DNA of 64,000 nucleotides from Escherichia coli (GTDB lineage Bacteria; Pseudomonadota; Gammaproteobacteria; Enterobacterales; Enterobacteriaceae): NCBI RefSeq assembly GCF_024298765.1, contig NZ_CP101210.1; one strand, 5' to 3'. Shown piece by piece: positions 36,573 to 47,282 of this stretch (position 1 is its first letter; each line of letters starts with the position of its first letter). The notes under the pieces were generated by a model. It saw only the letters and a program-made list of their open reading frames with translations, ran no database searches and was not told where the DNA came from. The position numbers and the translations under genes were made by a program.

Positions 36573-36594
36573 TCCCGGGGGGAGTCCCCCGGGA
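36573..36594 (+). terminator. GC-rich hairpin downstream of the adhesin gene (possible terminator; no T-tract)
   Basis: TCCCGGGGGG-AG-TCCCCCGGGA. Confidence 0.3.
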
Positions 36595-36611
36595 TATAAT
36601 GAGGTACAGAG

Positions 36612-37067
36612 ATGCTGGATATAATCCTGGCGACGAGAGATATTTATTTTGAAAAAGCCCTGCGAGAGATATTTGGAACCGTAAGCAGTCGAATCAGATA
36701 TATAGAAGATGCCATATCAGACAGAAGAAGGGTGCAGTCAGGCAGGTCATTCAGATATTATTTTGTATTCTGTGATGATGAGTATACAGATATTGTTCGT
36801 ATTCTTTTTACCGGAGAGGCCTGCTGTATTCTGAATAAGTCGATGCTGAATCTGAGAGCGGCCGGAGGTGTGTTGACGCTGGAAGAGCGCAGAGCGGTAC
36901 TGAACCGGTATTACAGAGGTTTAAGTATTGCGGAGATTACAGAAGAGACGGGGCAGAATGACAAGACGGTATACGGTCATCTTCGTCGTGCACTGCAGCG
37001 GTCTGGATTCCGGAAGGGGCGTTTTATAAAGGGGAGAGAAGCGGCGGGGGATTCAGGTGTTGAATAA
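36612..37067 (+). CDS. Small putative DNA-binding protein with sigma-70 region-4 / LuxR-like HTH
   Basis: Segment LTLEERRAVLNRYYRGLSIAEITEETGQNDKTVYGHLRRALQR resembles region-4-type HTH; family uncertain. Confidence 0.35.
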   Translation: MLDIILATRDIYFEKALREIFGTVSSRIRYIEDAISDRRRVQSGRSFRYYFVFCDDEYTDIVRILFTGEACCILNKSMLNLRAAGGVLTLEERRAVLNRYYRGLSIAEITEETGQNDKTVYGHLRRALQRSGFRKGRFIKGREAAGDSGVE

Positions 37068-37423
37068 TGTATCTTATATTGTGATATCGGTGCTGCTGCT
37101 GTTATTTTTTGTTGTATTTGTGACGAATGGTTAAGAATAAAACATGAGCTGGTGATTATCAGGACAGGTTGCTTGTATATGAAGATAACAAAGGTGGCAT
37201 TTATTTTTGCGCTGTCAGTGTGGAGTGTTGCTGTGATATGTCTTTTATTATTTGTACTGGTTGTTCTGGGATAGCCATAGTGAAATAAAAAGCTGTCTGA
37301 ATTAAATTATTTTGCACACATGTTTTAATTCTGCACTGAATTCAGAATGGGTAATCAGTGACCGTCCTGACGGTCACTTTAAAGAAAAGGCATTTACACA
37401 GAATTACTGACAGGCTCTGGCTG

Positions 37424-37762
37424 TCATTCGGCCGATGAACAGTTGCTTAAGACAGGATTATCATTCCCTTCCACCAGATTGGCTTTTTTACCTTTTGTGT
37501 ACAGTTTATATGAGTATCTTTTATTGATGGCTTCGTAATTGGCTCCGGAGGCCATTTTCATTAGCTGCATAGGTATCATCTCATCCATCTGATTAATCAC
37601 TGCATATGAGTTCCCAGCAGTGGTGTTGATATAGACCACCTCCATTGTCTTATTTCCATTACAGACATAAGCTGTTTTTGAGATTTCTTTTGTGGCAGCG
37701 GAGGATACCATACTGTTGCTAACAAGAATGAGTGCAAGGACGGGAGAAGAGTATTTTTTCAT
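37424..37762 (-). CDS. Secreted small protein, MliC/PliC-like (C-type lysozyme inhibitor family) - tentative
   Basis: 112 aa, signal peptide, conserved Cys pair (YVCNGN...SNCSS) and central SGA..YE motif resembling MliC. Confidence 0.4.
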   Translation of the reverse strand: MKKYSSPVLALILVSNSMVSSAATKEISKTAYVCNGNKTMEVVYINTTAGNSYAVINQMDEMIPMQLMKMASGANYEAINKRYSYKLYTKGKKANLVEGNDNPVLSNCSSAE

Positions 37763-37984
37763 AATAACTCCTTCTGTAGGTTAAAAAAACAGGTGTTTGA
37801 TCAGAATTATATTAATAATTCATTCATCAGAAAAAAAGGTTTTTGTTATAGCAATAATAATGAGCACAATTGCTTGTGAAACTGGTGCCATTTTACGGTT
37901 GCTTAGGAGTGCTGAAACTGTGCCTGTTAGGGCACAGCTGGTGTGGTGGTCTCAGTACGGAACAATTTGAAAACCAGAACATCA

Positions 37985-38250
37985 CTTAGGCTTGTGTCCA
38001 CATTACATGGGGTAGGATCAGTATTCCTCTATCAGGGGTAACTCGACCAGGCTGGCTGAGCTCTCGTTTTACTGCGAGTATCTATGCCCATTCAGCCAGT
38101 GTCAGCGCGAGAGTGTTAAATTCCGAGCGATTATCCATGCGCAGCATGACCGGATAACCATGATTTAGCCCCTGCCGAGCTAATCGGGAACTGCATAGCA
38201 CTCTCAATATGGAATAAGCGATAATTATCGCTTATTCCCAGCAAAATATC
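37985..38250 (-). mobile_element. IS3-family relic: terminal repeat and adjacent rve-domain transposase fragment
   Basis: Reverse complement of 37985-38040 reads TGATCCTACCCCATGTAATGTGGACACAAGCCTAAGTGATGTTCTGGTTTTCAAA, close to the IS3 left end; adjacent translation ...GYPVMLRMDNRSEFNTLALTLAEWA* is an integrase-core fragment. Confidence 0.5.
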
Positions 38251-38266
38251 ATGCCTCATCGGTGCT

Positions 38267-38956
38267 TTACGAGGCGATCGCTGCAATAAAGCGTGTCGTT
38301 ATCTGCTGCGGACGAGTGATTGCCCCCCCAACCACCACGGTATGAGCGCCTAATGTCAGGCAACGTGCGGCGCACTCCGGGGTGTCGACATTCCCTTCCG
38401 CCACGACCGGAACGCTGACCGCTTTCAGGACCTCACGTAAGAATCCACAGTCATTTTCCGCCAGCACATGCCTGGCAGTTTCTGCGGTATAGCCGTAGAG
38501 CGTAGTGCCCACACAGTCAAAACCCAGACGTTCAGCTGTCACTGCCTCTTCTACTGTTGCTATATCTGCCATCAGAAGTATGGACGGGTAGCGAGCGCGG
38601 ATCTGCGTGACCAGTTCTTCCAGCGTCTGACCACCAGGGCGCGGGCGCGCAGTAGCATCTAGGGCAATAATTTCCGGCTCAACGGTCATCAGCTCATCCA
38701 CTTCCCGGAGAGTGGCCGTGATAAACACCTCACTGCCAGGGTAATCGCGTTTGATAATCCCTATCATCGGAAGGGAGACAATCTCTTTGATAGCACTAAT
38801 ATCCGCCACGCTGTTGGCACGGATACCTGCAGCACCACCTTGTGCTGCCGCCAGCGCCATACGTGACATAATAAACGGACTATGTAGAGGCTCATTTTCC
38901 AGAGCCTGACAGGAGACGATTAATTTACCTTTCAGGGAATCCAGTACAGTTTTCAT
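38267..38956 (-). CDS. N-acylmannosamine-6-phosphate 2-epimerase-like (NanE family)
   Basis: 229 aa; LIVSCQAL...[37 protein letters not shown] motifs parallel E. coli NanE as recalled. Confidence 0.7.
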   Translation of the reverse strand: MKTVLDSLKGKLIVSCQALENEPLHSPFIMSRMALAAAQGGAAGIRANSVADISAIKEIVSLPMIGIIKRDYPGSEVFITATLREVDELMTVEPEIIALDATARPRPGGQTLEELVTQIRARYPSILLMADIATVEEAVTAERLGFDCVGTTLYGYTAETARHVLAENDCGFLREVLKAVSVPVVAEGNVDTPECAARCLTLGAHTVVVGGAITRPQQITTRFIAAIAS

Positions 38957-40551
38957 TACGATAAAATCTCTTCGACTTCGTTTTTAATGATGGTGACATG
39001 AGGGCCATAAATCACCTGAACGCCGTTGCCGCGAATAATCACGCCACGCGCTCCGGCCACTTTCAGCGCAGCTTCATCTACCTTACTGCTCTCTTTAACC
39101 GTCACGCGCAGGCGCGTGGCGCAACAGTCCACCTCTTCCAGATTCTCTTTGCCTCCCAGCCCGGCAATGACTGCCGCTGCGCGTTCACTCTGAGGCTGGC
39201 CGGATTCAACCTGGGTTACGTTCTCACGCCCCGGCGTCAGCCAGCCAAAGCGGTTAATCAAATAGCGGAAAGTAAAGTAGTAAAGGAAGAACCACGGTAT
39301 TCCCACTATGGGGACATACATCCAGTTTGTTTTAGCTTCCCCCTGCAACACGCCGAAGAGAAGGAAATCGATAAGCCCGCCCGAAAAGGTTTGCCCAATA
39401 GTGATATGTAAAATATGGGCGACCATAAACGCCAGACCATCGAAGAAGGCGTGAATTACGTATAATACGGGCGCGACAAACAGGAAGGAGAACTCAACAG
39501 GCTCAGTGATTCCCGTCAGGAAAGAGGTCAGGGCTGCCGACAAAAGTAGTCCGGCGACAACCTTTCTATTCTCCGGCTTTGCAGTATGGTACATTGCCAG
39601 ACATGCGCCAAGCAGGCCAAACATCATGGTGATAAAGCGCCCGGACATAAAGCGAGCGGTACCCGCGTAGAACTGCTGCGTATTCGGATCGGCAAGTTGG
39701 GCAAAGAAAATCCGCTGCGTACCTTCAACCAACTGGCCGTTGACGATTTCACTGCCGCCCAGCGCCGTCGTCCAGAACGGCAAATAAAAGATATGGTGTA
39801 AACCCAGTGGACCGAGCATACGCAGGATGAAGCCGTACAACAGCGTCCCCAGATAGCCCGTCGCATCCACCAGGTCGCCCAGTCCAAAAATGAGTTTCTG
39901 GAAATGCGGCCACACCACCGTCATAACCGCACCCACTACTATCGCGGCAAGGGAGCTGATAATGGGTACAAAACGAGAACCACTAAAAAAACCGAGAAAC
40001 TGAGGTAGTGAGACTTTATTGAAACGGCTATGTAAAGTGCAGGTGACGAGACCAATCACCACCCCACCAAACACACCAGTTTCCAGTGTCTGAATACCAA
40101 GCGTCATCCCCTGGCCAACTGAAGCGGGGTTCTTGTGCGCCAGCGTTCCGTTGAGCGTTAATAAGGCGTTGATGGTGGCATTCATCACCAGAAACGCCAG
40201 CAATGACGCAAGCCCGGCAGTGCCTTTATCCGATTTCGCCAGCCCCACGGCGACGCCGACTGCAAAGAGTACCGACAGGTTGGCAAACACAATAGAACCT
40301 GCGCTGGTCATGATTGTGAATATTGCCTGCAACCAGTCGGCATCTAAAAACGGATAAGCCGTCAACGTGTTTGGATTTGACAACGCGCCACCAATCCCTA
40401 ATAACAGCCCTGCTGCGGGCAATACCGCAATCGGCAGCATGAAGGATTTTCCGAACCGCTGCGCTTTTTCAAACCATCCCCCCGATGAAGCGCCGCTAAA
40501 CATTTGCATCATTTTATCATCTCCTCGATTTTTGATGAAAATTTTTACCAT
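38956..40551 (-). CDS. PTS EIICB component, glucose/maltose/N-acetylglucosamine family
   Basis: Polytopic EIIC domain followed by C-terminal EIIB domain with CCATRLR active-site motif; likely true start at MMQMF... a few codons inside the ORF. Confidence 0.8.
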   Translation of the reverse strand: MVKIFIKNRGDDKMMQMFSGASSGGWFEKAQRFGKSFMLPIAVLPAAGLLLGIGGALSNPNTLTAYPFLDADWLQAIFTIMTSAGSIVFANLSVLFAVGVAVGLAKSDKGTAGLASLLAFLVMNATINALLTLNGTLAHKNPASVGQGMTLGIQTLETGVFGGVVIGLVTCTLHSRFNKVSLPQFLGFFSGSRFVPIISSLAAIVVGAVMTVVWPHFQKLIFGLGDLVDATGYLGTLLYGFILRMLGPLGLHHIFYLPFWTTALGGSEIVNGQLVEGTQRIFFAQLADPNTQQFYAGTARFMSGRFITMMFGLLGACLAMYHTAKPENRKVVAGLLLSAALTSFLTGITEPVEFSFLFVAPVLYVIHAFFDGLAFMVAHILHITIGQTFSGGLIDFLLFGVLQGEAKTNWMYVPIVGIPWFFLYYFTFRYLINRFGWLTPGRENVTQVESGQPQSERAAAVIAGLGGKENLEEVDCCATRLRVTVKESSKVDEAALKVAGARGVIIRGNGVQVIYGPHVTIIKNEVEEILS

Positions 40552-40677
40552 AATTATTCTTATAAATAAAAATCACCATCAAAATCTAAGAAGTCGATCA
40601 TACTTTTTTAAAATGTCTGGCATCAATCCCCTCCTTTCCGTCACACTATCAACAGATAAACGCATTAAGGATTTTAC

Positions 40678-41502
40678 ATGTCAGAAAATGAAAACCTGCT
40701 GCTGAGATTGCGCCAGAGCGTTGATGGATATAGCCGAACACAACAGAAGCTGGGAGAGTTTGTACTTAGCGATCCGGCAAAAGTTGTCTACCTGACGATT
40801 ACCGAACTTGCGCGTGAAAGCGGCACCAGCGAGGCTAGCGTCACACGTCTGTGCCGAACGCTTGGGTGTAAGGGCTATAACGAATTCAAAATGGCGCTGG
40901 CACTCGATCTCCGACAAGTACAGTTTGTAGAGCACGGCGGTGATGAGATTGACAATGTGGTCAATGAATCCGTGCAAGCAATACAGGACACAGCAAAATT
41001 ACTCGACAGAGCCTTGCTGGAAGCAGCCGCGCTTGCACTGCATCAGGCTCAGTCAGTGCAGATTTATGGCGTAGCAGCCAGTGCCATTCTGGGGGAGTAT
41101 TTACATTATAAACTCCTGCGTCTGGGGAAACCCGCACAATTGTTCAGCGATATGCATCGTGCTGCCATGAACGCCACAACACTTAGTAAAAACACGTTCG
41201 TGGTGGCGATTTCCAGTTCTGGATCCACGCGCGATCTGCTGCATGTCGTAAAACTAGCGCGTAAGCAAGGTGTGCGTGTACTGGCGCTGAGTAATACACC
41301 GCGCAGTCCGTTAGCTTCGCTGAGTGATATTCAACTGGTCGCGGCCAAACCGGAAGGACCCTTGAGTGCCGGCGCGCTGACTGCCAAAGTGGGAGTGATG
41401 CTGTTGGTAGAGCTACTCACCACATCGCTGATTGCGCTGGATGACCAGTACAGCGAGGTGAGCCAGAAAACAGCCAGCGCGACCCTACCGCTACTGCTTT
41501 AA
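40678..41502 (+). CDS. RpiR/MurR-family transcriptional regulator (HTH + SIS domain)
   Basis: N-terminal HTH (TITELARESGTSEASVTRLCRTLG), C-terminal SIS phosphosugar-binding domain; divergent from the PTS gene. Confidence 0.8.
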   Translation: MSENENLLLRLRQSVDGYSRTQQKLGEFVLSDPAKVVYLTITELARESGTSEASVTRLCRTLGCKGYNEFKMALALDLRQVQFVEHGGDEIDNVVNESVQAIQDTAKLLDRALLEAAALALHQAQSVQIYGVAASAILGEYLHYKLLRLGKPAQLFSDMHRAAMNATTLSKNTFVVAISSSGSTRDLLHVVKLARKQGVRVLALSNTPRSPLASLSDIQLVAAKPEGPLSAGALTAKVGVMLLVELLTTSLIALDDQYSEVSQKTASATLPLLL

Positions 41503-41658
41503 AGACATAAAAAACCGCCGAAGCGCTGGGTGCTCCCCATGAATCAGTGATAATAAACCAACATCATATTCTGGTAGGTTCTGGCGAGGTGATTAAAAAC
41601 GGTGCTCAGCACCGTTCGTTTTTAAATTAGCGAGGAGTATCGTAAGATGCTCTTCCCC

Positions 41659-43002
41659 CTACTTCAGAAAATCCTTCACATCCAGTAGAATAAACTCGTT
41701 GTCATCCGCCATATTAGGCCAGCGGCTGGAGGAAAACGGGAAGTTATTATCGTTGCCTACGATGATGTGGTTAGTGTCAACCACATCCACGTTCTCGATG
41801 GTGAAGAACGGGAAGGTCAGCACACCGTCGTTCAGCGGCTTGCGTGCCAGCTTGTTCGGATCCTGAATCTTCATCAGGTCAATATAGCCCAGTTTTTCGA
41901 CAGGTTTTCCGACGTTAGTGTCCGAGAAAGCAATTTTATACACCCGTTTGAACCTGGCTACTTGACTGAAGCAGTTGTTGGTCGGCGCGCCGGCGACGCA
42001 GGCTTTATCCGCCGTGCCTTCGCCGTTATCACGCTCGATCACCAGTCCGTGGGTATCATCTATCATATTGAAGTCGCCGATGGCGTTCTGGTTGTCTTCC
42101 AGCACGTACTGCCAGCTGCGACCAGTCCAGGCCTGCTGTTTGGCATCGAACTCCAGCACACGCAGGTAGCGTTTTCCGTCAACGTTCTCGAACTGCTCAC
42201 CGTCCCACAATGCCCCTTCCAGCAGCGGATACAGCTTACTGCCGTCCGGCGAGATGGCCATGCCTTCAAAGCCTTTGGAACGCGCCACCTGGAAGTTCAG
42301 CTTACCGTCCGGAGCGCTAGGTAGAGTCAGCGTCGGGTTGTCCGGCGATTTAACCACCTTACCGTCCACTTCTGTGTCGAACACCGCCAGCACCTTGCCG
42401 TTCAGGTCGGTCTTGATCAGGTAAGGACCGAACTCATCACCGATCCATAAGGCATCGTCGGAAAACTGGAAGCTTTCCGGATCAAAATCGCTGCCGGTCA
42501 GATAGCGTAGTTCGGTGCTCTCGTTGATGATGTGGAACGGCACCTTTTTATCCGGATCATGCAGGAACAGCGTCTTCAGCGGTACTACCGAGCCGTCTTT
42601 GAAATCTATCTTGTATTGGTTGAGGTACAGCATGGCGTCCGGGGAGTTGGCTTTGCTGCCGAAGCCATTGTCAGTCAGCACCCAATAGGTACCGTCGGGC
42701 ATGTGTTTGATACCTGAGTGGCCCTGCAACGGCTGACCATTGATCGGCAGGCTGAGTCCTGTCAGGCGTTCTGCGGATTTGCCCGCCACGCTGCCCAGCT
42801 CGGTGACGCGTTTGCCGCTGGTGTATTTGCCGCTCTGTTGCAAATCGCCCGGCGCATCCTTCGGTGTTGAAACAGCGGATTTTGCCGGCAGAATTGCATG
42901 CCCGGCCAGCGTTGCCTGCACCGGCTGCGCTTTGGCCCACAGGTTGGCGCTCAGAGCCATGCAGCCAACCAGTATAGCCAGCCGGATTTTGGAGTTGTGC
43001 AT
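41659..43002 (-). CDS. Secreted protein of the phytase-like / esterase-like beta-propeller family (tentative)
   Basis: 447 aa with signal peptide; repeated GxxxL/DG-rich blades; assignment from recollection of proteins annotated this way, not verified. Confidence 0.4.
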   Translation of the reverse strand: MHNSKIRLAILVGCMALSANLWAKAQPVQATLAGHAILPAKSAVSTPKDAPGDLQQSGKYTSGKRVTELGSVAGKSAERLTGLSLPINGQPLQGHSGIKHMPDGTYWVLTDNGFGSKANSPDAMLYLNQYKIDFKDGSVVPLKTLFLHDPDKKVPFHIINESTELRYLTGSDFDPESFQFSDDALWIGDEFGPYLIKTDLNGKVLAVFDTEVDGKVVKSPDNPTLTLPSAPDGKLNFQVARSKGFEGMAISPDGSKLYPLLEGALWDGEQFENVDGKRYLRVLEFDAKQQAWTGRSWQYVLEDNQNAIGDFNMIDDTHGLVIERDNGEGTADKACVAGAPTNNCFSQVARFKRVYKIAFSDTNVGKPVEKLGYIDLMKIQDPNKLARKPLNDGVLTFPFFTIENVDVVDTNHIIVGNDNNFPFSSSRWPNMADDNEFILLDVKDFLK

Positions 43003-43121
43003 GTCATACTCTCCTTTCGTTGTTATCGCCCAGAAGTAAAACTAACGTCATTGTAGGGAGCAGAAATGACAGAAATATTATGATTACGGTAGGGATAGCC
43101 GTTGCCGGCTTGGATTTGCCC

Positions 43122-44027
43122 CTATATTTCCAGACATCTGTTATCACTTAACCCATTACAAGCCCGCTGCCGCAGATATTCCCGTGGCGAGCGATAACCC
43201 AGCGCACTATGCGGATGCCATTCGTTATAATGCTCGAACGCCTCTGCAAGGTTCTTTGCTGCCGTTAACCCGTCTGGTTTGGGCATGATACTGATGTAGT
43301 CACGCTTTATCGTTTTCACGAAGCTCTCTGCGATTCCGTTACTCTCCGGACTCCGCACCGCCGTGTTCTTCGGTTCAAGTCCCAACATCCGGGCGAACTG
43401 GCGTGTTTCATTAGCCCGGTAGCATGAACCATTATCCGTCAGCCACTCCACTGGAGACGACGGAAGATCGTTGCCGAAGCGGCGTTCCACCGCTCCCAGC
43501 ATGACGTCCTGTACTGTTTCACTGTTGAAGCCGCCGGTAGTGACCGCCCAGTGCAGTGCCTCACGATCACAGCAGTCCAGCGCGAACGTGACACGCAGTC
43601 TCTCTCCGTTATCACAGCAGAACTCGAACCCGTCAGAGCACCATCGCTGATTGCTTTCTTTCACGGCCACTCTGCCTGTATGTGCCCGTTTCGATGGCGG
43701 TACAGCAGGTTTTCGCTCAAGCAACAGCGCATTCTGGCGCATGATCCGGTAAACACGTTTGGCATTGATCGCAGGCATACCATCAAGTTCTGCTTGTCTG
43801 CGAAGCAGCGCCCATACCCGACGATAACCATACGTGGGCAGCTCTCCGATAACATGGTGTATACGGAGAAGCACATCCGTATCATCAGTGTGACGACTGC
43901 GGCGGCCATCCATCCAGTCATCGGTTCGTCTGAGAATGACGTGCAACTGCGCACGCGACACCCGGAGACAACGGCTGACTAAGCTTACTCCCCATCCCCG
44001 GGCAATAAGGGCGCGTGCGCTATCCAC
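43122..44027 (-). CDS. insD: IS2 InsD (OrfB, transposase catalytic part)
   Basis: 301 aa matching IS2 InsD ([30 protein letters not shown]...). Confidence 0.9.
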
Positions 44028-44395
44028 TTTTTTGCCCGTCCATATTCAACGGCTTCTTTGAGGAGTTCATTTTCCATCGTTTTCTTGCCGAGCAGGCGCT
44101 GGAGTTCTTTAATCTGCTTCATGGCGGCAGCAAGTTCAGAGGCAGGAACAACCTGTTCTCCGGCGGCGACAGCAGTAAGACTTCCTTCCTGGTATTGCTT
44201 ACGCCAGAGAAATAACTGGCTGGCTGCTACACCATGTTGCCGGGCAACGAGGGAGACCGTCATCCCCGGTTCAAAGCTCTGCTGAACAATTGCGATCTTT
44301 TCCTGTGTGGTACGCCGTCTGCGTTTCTCCGGTCCTAAGACATCAATCATCTGCTCTCCAATGACTAGTCTAAAAACTAGTATTAAGACTATCAC
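43985..44395 (-). CDS. insC: IS2 InsC (OrfA)
   Basis: Matches IS2 InsC ([56 protein letters not shown]...). Confidence 0.9.
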
Positions 44396-44699
44396 TTAAA
44401 TAAGTGATACTGGTTGTCTGGAGATTCAGGGGGCCAGTCTACGGCTTCCCCGCCATGTCAACGCCGGTATTTATGGTTTCTGTTTGCTTTTCTGTAAAAA
44501 TAAAGGGGAGAGACGACGGTACTATAAACAACCATGATGAATCTCATCTATTCGGCCCAGATGAAAGACGCGCGTGAGGCTCTTGTTCGTTAAGCGGATA
44601 CGTATATCCTGTACAATAATCAGATATACCTCACAGGGTCTAACACTTTATCATCAACGAGTTGCAGATCAGATAGTCATACGGTTGCTGCGTGCTTTA

Positions 44700-45760
44700 G
44701 CTGGCTGAATACAGCCTGAAATCATCACCGTAATGACATGATGCCCAGCACAGCCTTACCTTTCTGGCGGCGATGGCCACAACAGCGCGTCAGTATTCTC
44801 TGCGTTCAACCAGTGAACAGACCCAACGACTGAATGAGTCAGTCCTTTTCTCAGCACCAATCAGTACTGAACGAGCCCCCTGAACCAGAAGCATTCGCAG
44901 ATACGAATCACCGGCTTTTGTTATCCTGCCCAGCTTCGACATTCAGCCGCTGCTGTATTGTGATAGCGTCAGCCCAGCCAGGCTGCCAGTTGCCGTCCCT
45001 TTTTAAAATCATGTGCATTACCGATACAGGCAACCAGCGCACAGGCTGTTGTGGGACCAACTCCTTTTAGCTCCATCAGCTGTTTAATACGGATATCATC
45101 CCTTGCAGCCTCATGAAGACGGTGGTCATGAGACGATATGAGTTCATTTTACTCTGACAGTTCGCACAACAAACGGATGAAGGGTCATTCCACTGCCCCT
45201 GGGCAGTATTCCCTGCTGGATTTTACGCACGTGCCTTATCCCCACAGGCAGCAGCAGACCAAATTCACTCAACAGCCCCCGGATTTCATTACGCAACGCC
45301 GTTCGCTCGCGGATGATTCTGGCCCGGACCCGGTATTCTTCCTGTAACGTCTGCTGGGATTCCGATATGAAAACAACAAATCGCATGCCGGGCCTGCTGA
45401 CGGCCTCACAGATGGCAGCTGCATTATTAGCGTCGTTTTTGTTACCTTTGAGATAAGATTTGACAAGTTTCTACGGAATAATGCGCACGGTAGGCCCCAT
45501 ACGGAATGAGTTCCCGTGCCCAGAATGGGAAGAGCCACAGACTTCGATGCTGATGAGGCAGGGAGAAAGCCCGGAGAAAAACGTCATCATGTGGGGAGGG
45601 CTCAGCGTTTTTCTCCGTACCACTATTCATTGTGATCAACGCCGTGGATTTGAAAAACATTTTTCGGCAAGATCGAAACCAATACGATTAATATTCATGA
45701 CTGACTTCTCCACCAGGGAACTGGGTACATCTCAGTCTGGAACGTTGATGCCGTAAGGAG
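44700..45760 (-). mobile_element. IS110-family element relic; transposase broken by frameshifts and stops (boundaries approximate)
   Basis: Reverse-strand translations MNINRIGFDLAEK..., ...SYLKGNKNDANNAAAICEAVSRPGMRFVV..., ...IRERTALRNEIRGLLSEFGLLLP..., ...GDSYLRMLLVQGARSVL... are IS110-family transposase segments in different frames. Confidence 0.5.
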
Positions 45761-45832
45761 GAAGATGTCAATCACATCGGCCTACACGCGATGTTAGCTC
45801 AGATAGGCGAAACGTATCCGACATTACACTGG

Positions 45833-47149
45833 TTAAGACTTCGTCGATTTCTCAAAGCGGCGTAGTAACTGATTCCCACGCTCAACGGCGGTATCCAGCG
45901 CCTGCTGTGGCGTCTTCTTACCGGTCCACACGCTCTCAAGCTCTTCATCCACAATCGCTCTGATCTGCGGCATGTTGCCCAGACGTAGTCCTTTGGTGAA
46001 CGGTAACGACGGTTTGTTCAGCATCTGACGTGTCGCGATATCCGCCCCTGGGTTTTTCTCGTAAAAGCCCTGCTCACGGGTCAGGTCATACGCCGCTTTG
46101 GTGATTGGCAGATAACCGGTTTTCTGGTGCCACTCGGCAGCATTTTCTGGCTTCGCGAGGAAGTCGAGGAACTTCGCCACGCCGGTATACGTTTCTTTAT
46201 CTTTGCCCTGCATCACCCACAGGCTGGCTCCGCCGATAATGGCGTTTTGTGGTGCATCTTTCGCGTCAGCGTCGTAAGGCATCATGCCTACGCCGTAGTT
46301 GAATTTGGCGTACTCGCGAATGCTGGCAAGAGAACCAGAAGAGGCAGTCGTCATTGCGCAATCACCGTTATAGAACTTCTCGGTGGATTCATCCTTACGC
46401 CCGACGTAGCTGAAATCGCCTTTCTTGTTCATCTCTTCGAGCATGGCGATGTGTTTCACCTGCTCCGGCTTGTTGAACTCCAGCACCGCATCTGTGCCGT
46501 CAAAGCCGTTGTTTTTGCTGGCAAACGGCAGACCGTTCCAGGCGCTAAAGTTTTCCAGTTGGATCCAGCCCTGCCAGCCGCTGGAGTAGCCGCACTTCAT
46601 ACCGGAGGCTTTCAGTTTCGCGGCATAGTCCGCCAGATCCTGCCAGGTTTTCGGCGGCTGTTCCGGGTCTAATCCTGCTTTCTTGAAAGCATCTTTGTTG
46701 TAATAGAGAACAGGAGTCGAGCTGTTGAACGGCTGGGAGAGTAAGTGTCCGGTTTTACTGTCGGAGTAGTAGCCTGAAACCGTCGGCACAAACTGCGACT
46801 CATCAAAGTTAATCCCCGCCTCTTTAAACACGTCATACACCGGTTTAATGGCTTTCGACGCCATCATGGTGGCGGTGCCAACTTCATAAACCTGCAAAAT
46901 AGCCGGAGCGTTACCGGTACGAAATGCTGCGATCCCCGCACTTAAACTCTCTTCGTAGTTGCCTTTATAAGTCGGTATAATTTTGTAATCCGGGTTTTCG
47001 GCGTTAAAACGTTGGACCAGAGAATTCACCTCTTTACCCAGTTCCCCTTCCATAGAGTGCCAGAACGGAATGGTCGTCACTGCCTGTGCATTCCCCATTA
47101 ACGTCAGTCCGAGCACTAGTGCTGAAGCTGTATAATGTAACGGTTTCAT
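45833..47149 (-). CDS. ugpB: sn-glycerol-3-phosphate ABC transporter periplasmic binding protein UgpB
   Basis: 438 aa, near-identical to E. coli UgpB as recalled ([39 protein letters not shown]...); no ugpA/E/C/Q follow. Confidence 0.9.
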   Translation of the reverse strand: MKPLHYTASALVLGLTLMGNAQAVTTIPFWHSMEGELGKEVNSLVQRFNAENPDYKIIPTYKGNYEESLSAGIAAFRTGNAPAILQVYEVGTATMMASKAIKPVYDVFKEAGINFDESQFVPTVSGYYSDSKTGHLLSQPFNSSTPVLYYNKDAFKKAGLDPEQPPKTWQDLADYAAKLKASGMKCGYSSGWQGWIQLENFSAWNGLPFASKNNGFDGTDAVLEFNKPEQVKHIAMLEEMNKKGDFSYVGRKDESTEKFYNGDCAMTTASSGSLASIREYAKFNYGVGMMPYDADAKDAPQNAIIGGASLWVMQGKDKETYTGVAKFLDFLAKPENAAEWHQKTGYLPITKAAYDLTREQGFYEKNPGADIATRQMLNKPSLPFTKGLRLGNMPQIRAIVDEELESVWTGKKTPQQALDTAVERGNQLLRRFEKSTKS

Positions 47150-47154
47150 CGTTT

Positions 47155-47282
47155 ATCTCTCTTGCTTGTTGTACCTGATGAGCGAATTCACACGTTTCAT
47201 GCTCGTGGGATTAAATATCATGCCCGAATTGCAGAAAAATAACTTTTTTATTACATGTGTTAGACAGTAAAGTGTTAGAAAG
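47155..47282 (-). promoter_or_regulatory. ugpB promoter region with Pho-box-like repeats
   Basis: Reverse strand reads CTGTCATCTTTCTAACACTTTACTGTCTAACACATGTAAT..., resembling the PhoB-dependent ugp promoter. Confidence 0.4.

Larger units (their letters stand above)
43111..44441 (-). mobile_element. IS2, complete 1331 bp, with 5-bp target-site duplication CGGCT
   Basis: Termini TGGATTTGCCCCTATATTTCCAGACATCTG... and ...GGTTGTCTGGAGATTCAGGGGGCCAGTCTA; CGGCT at 43106-43110 and 44442-44446. Confidence 0.95.
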
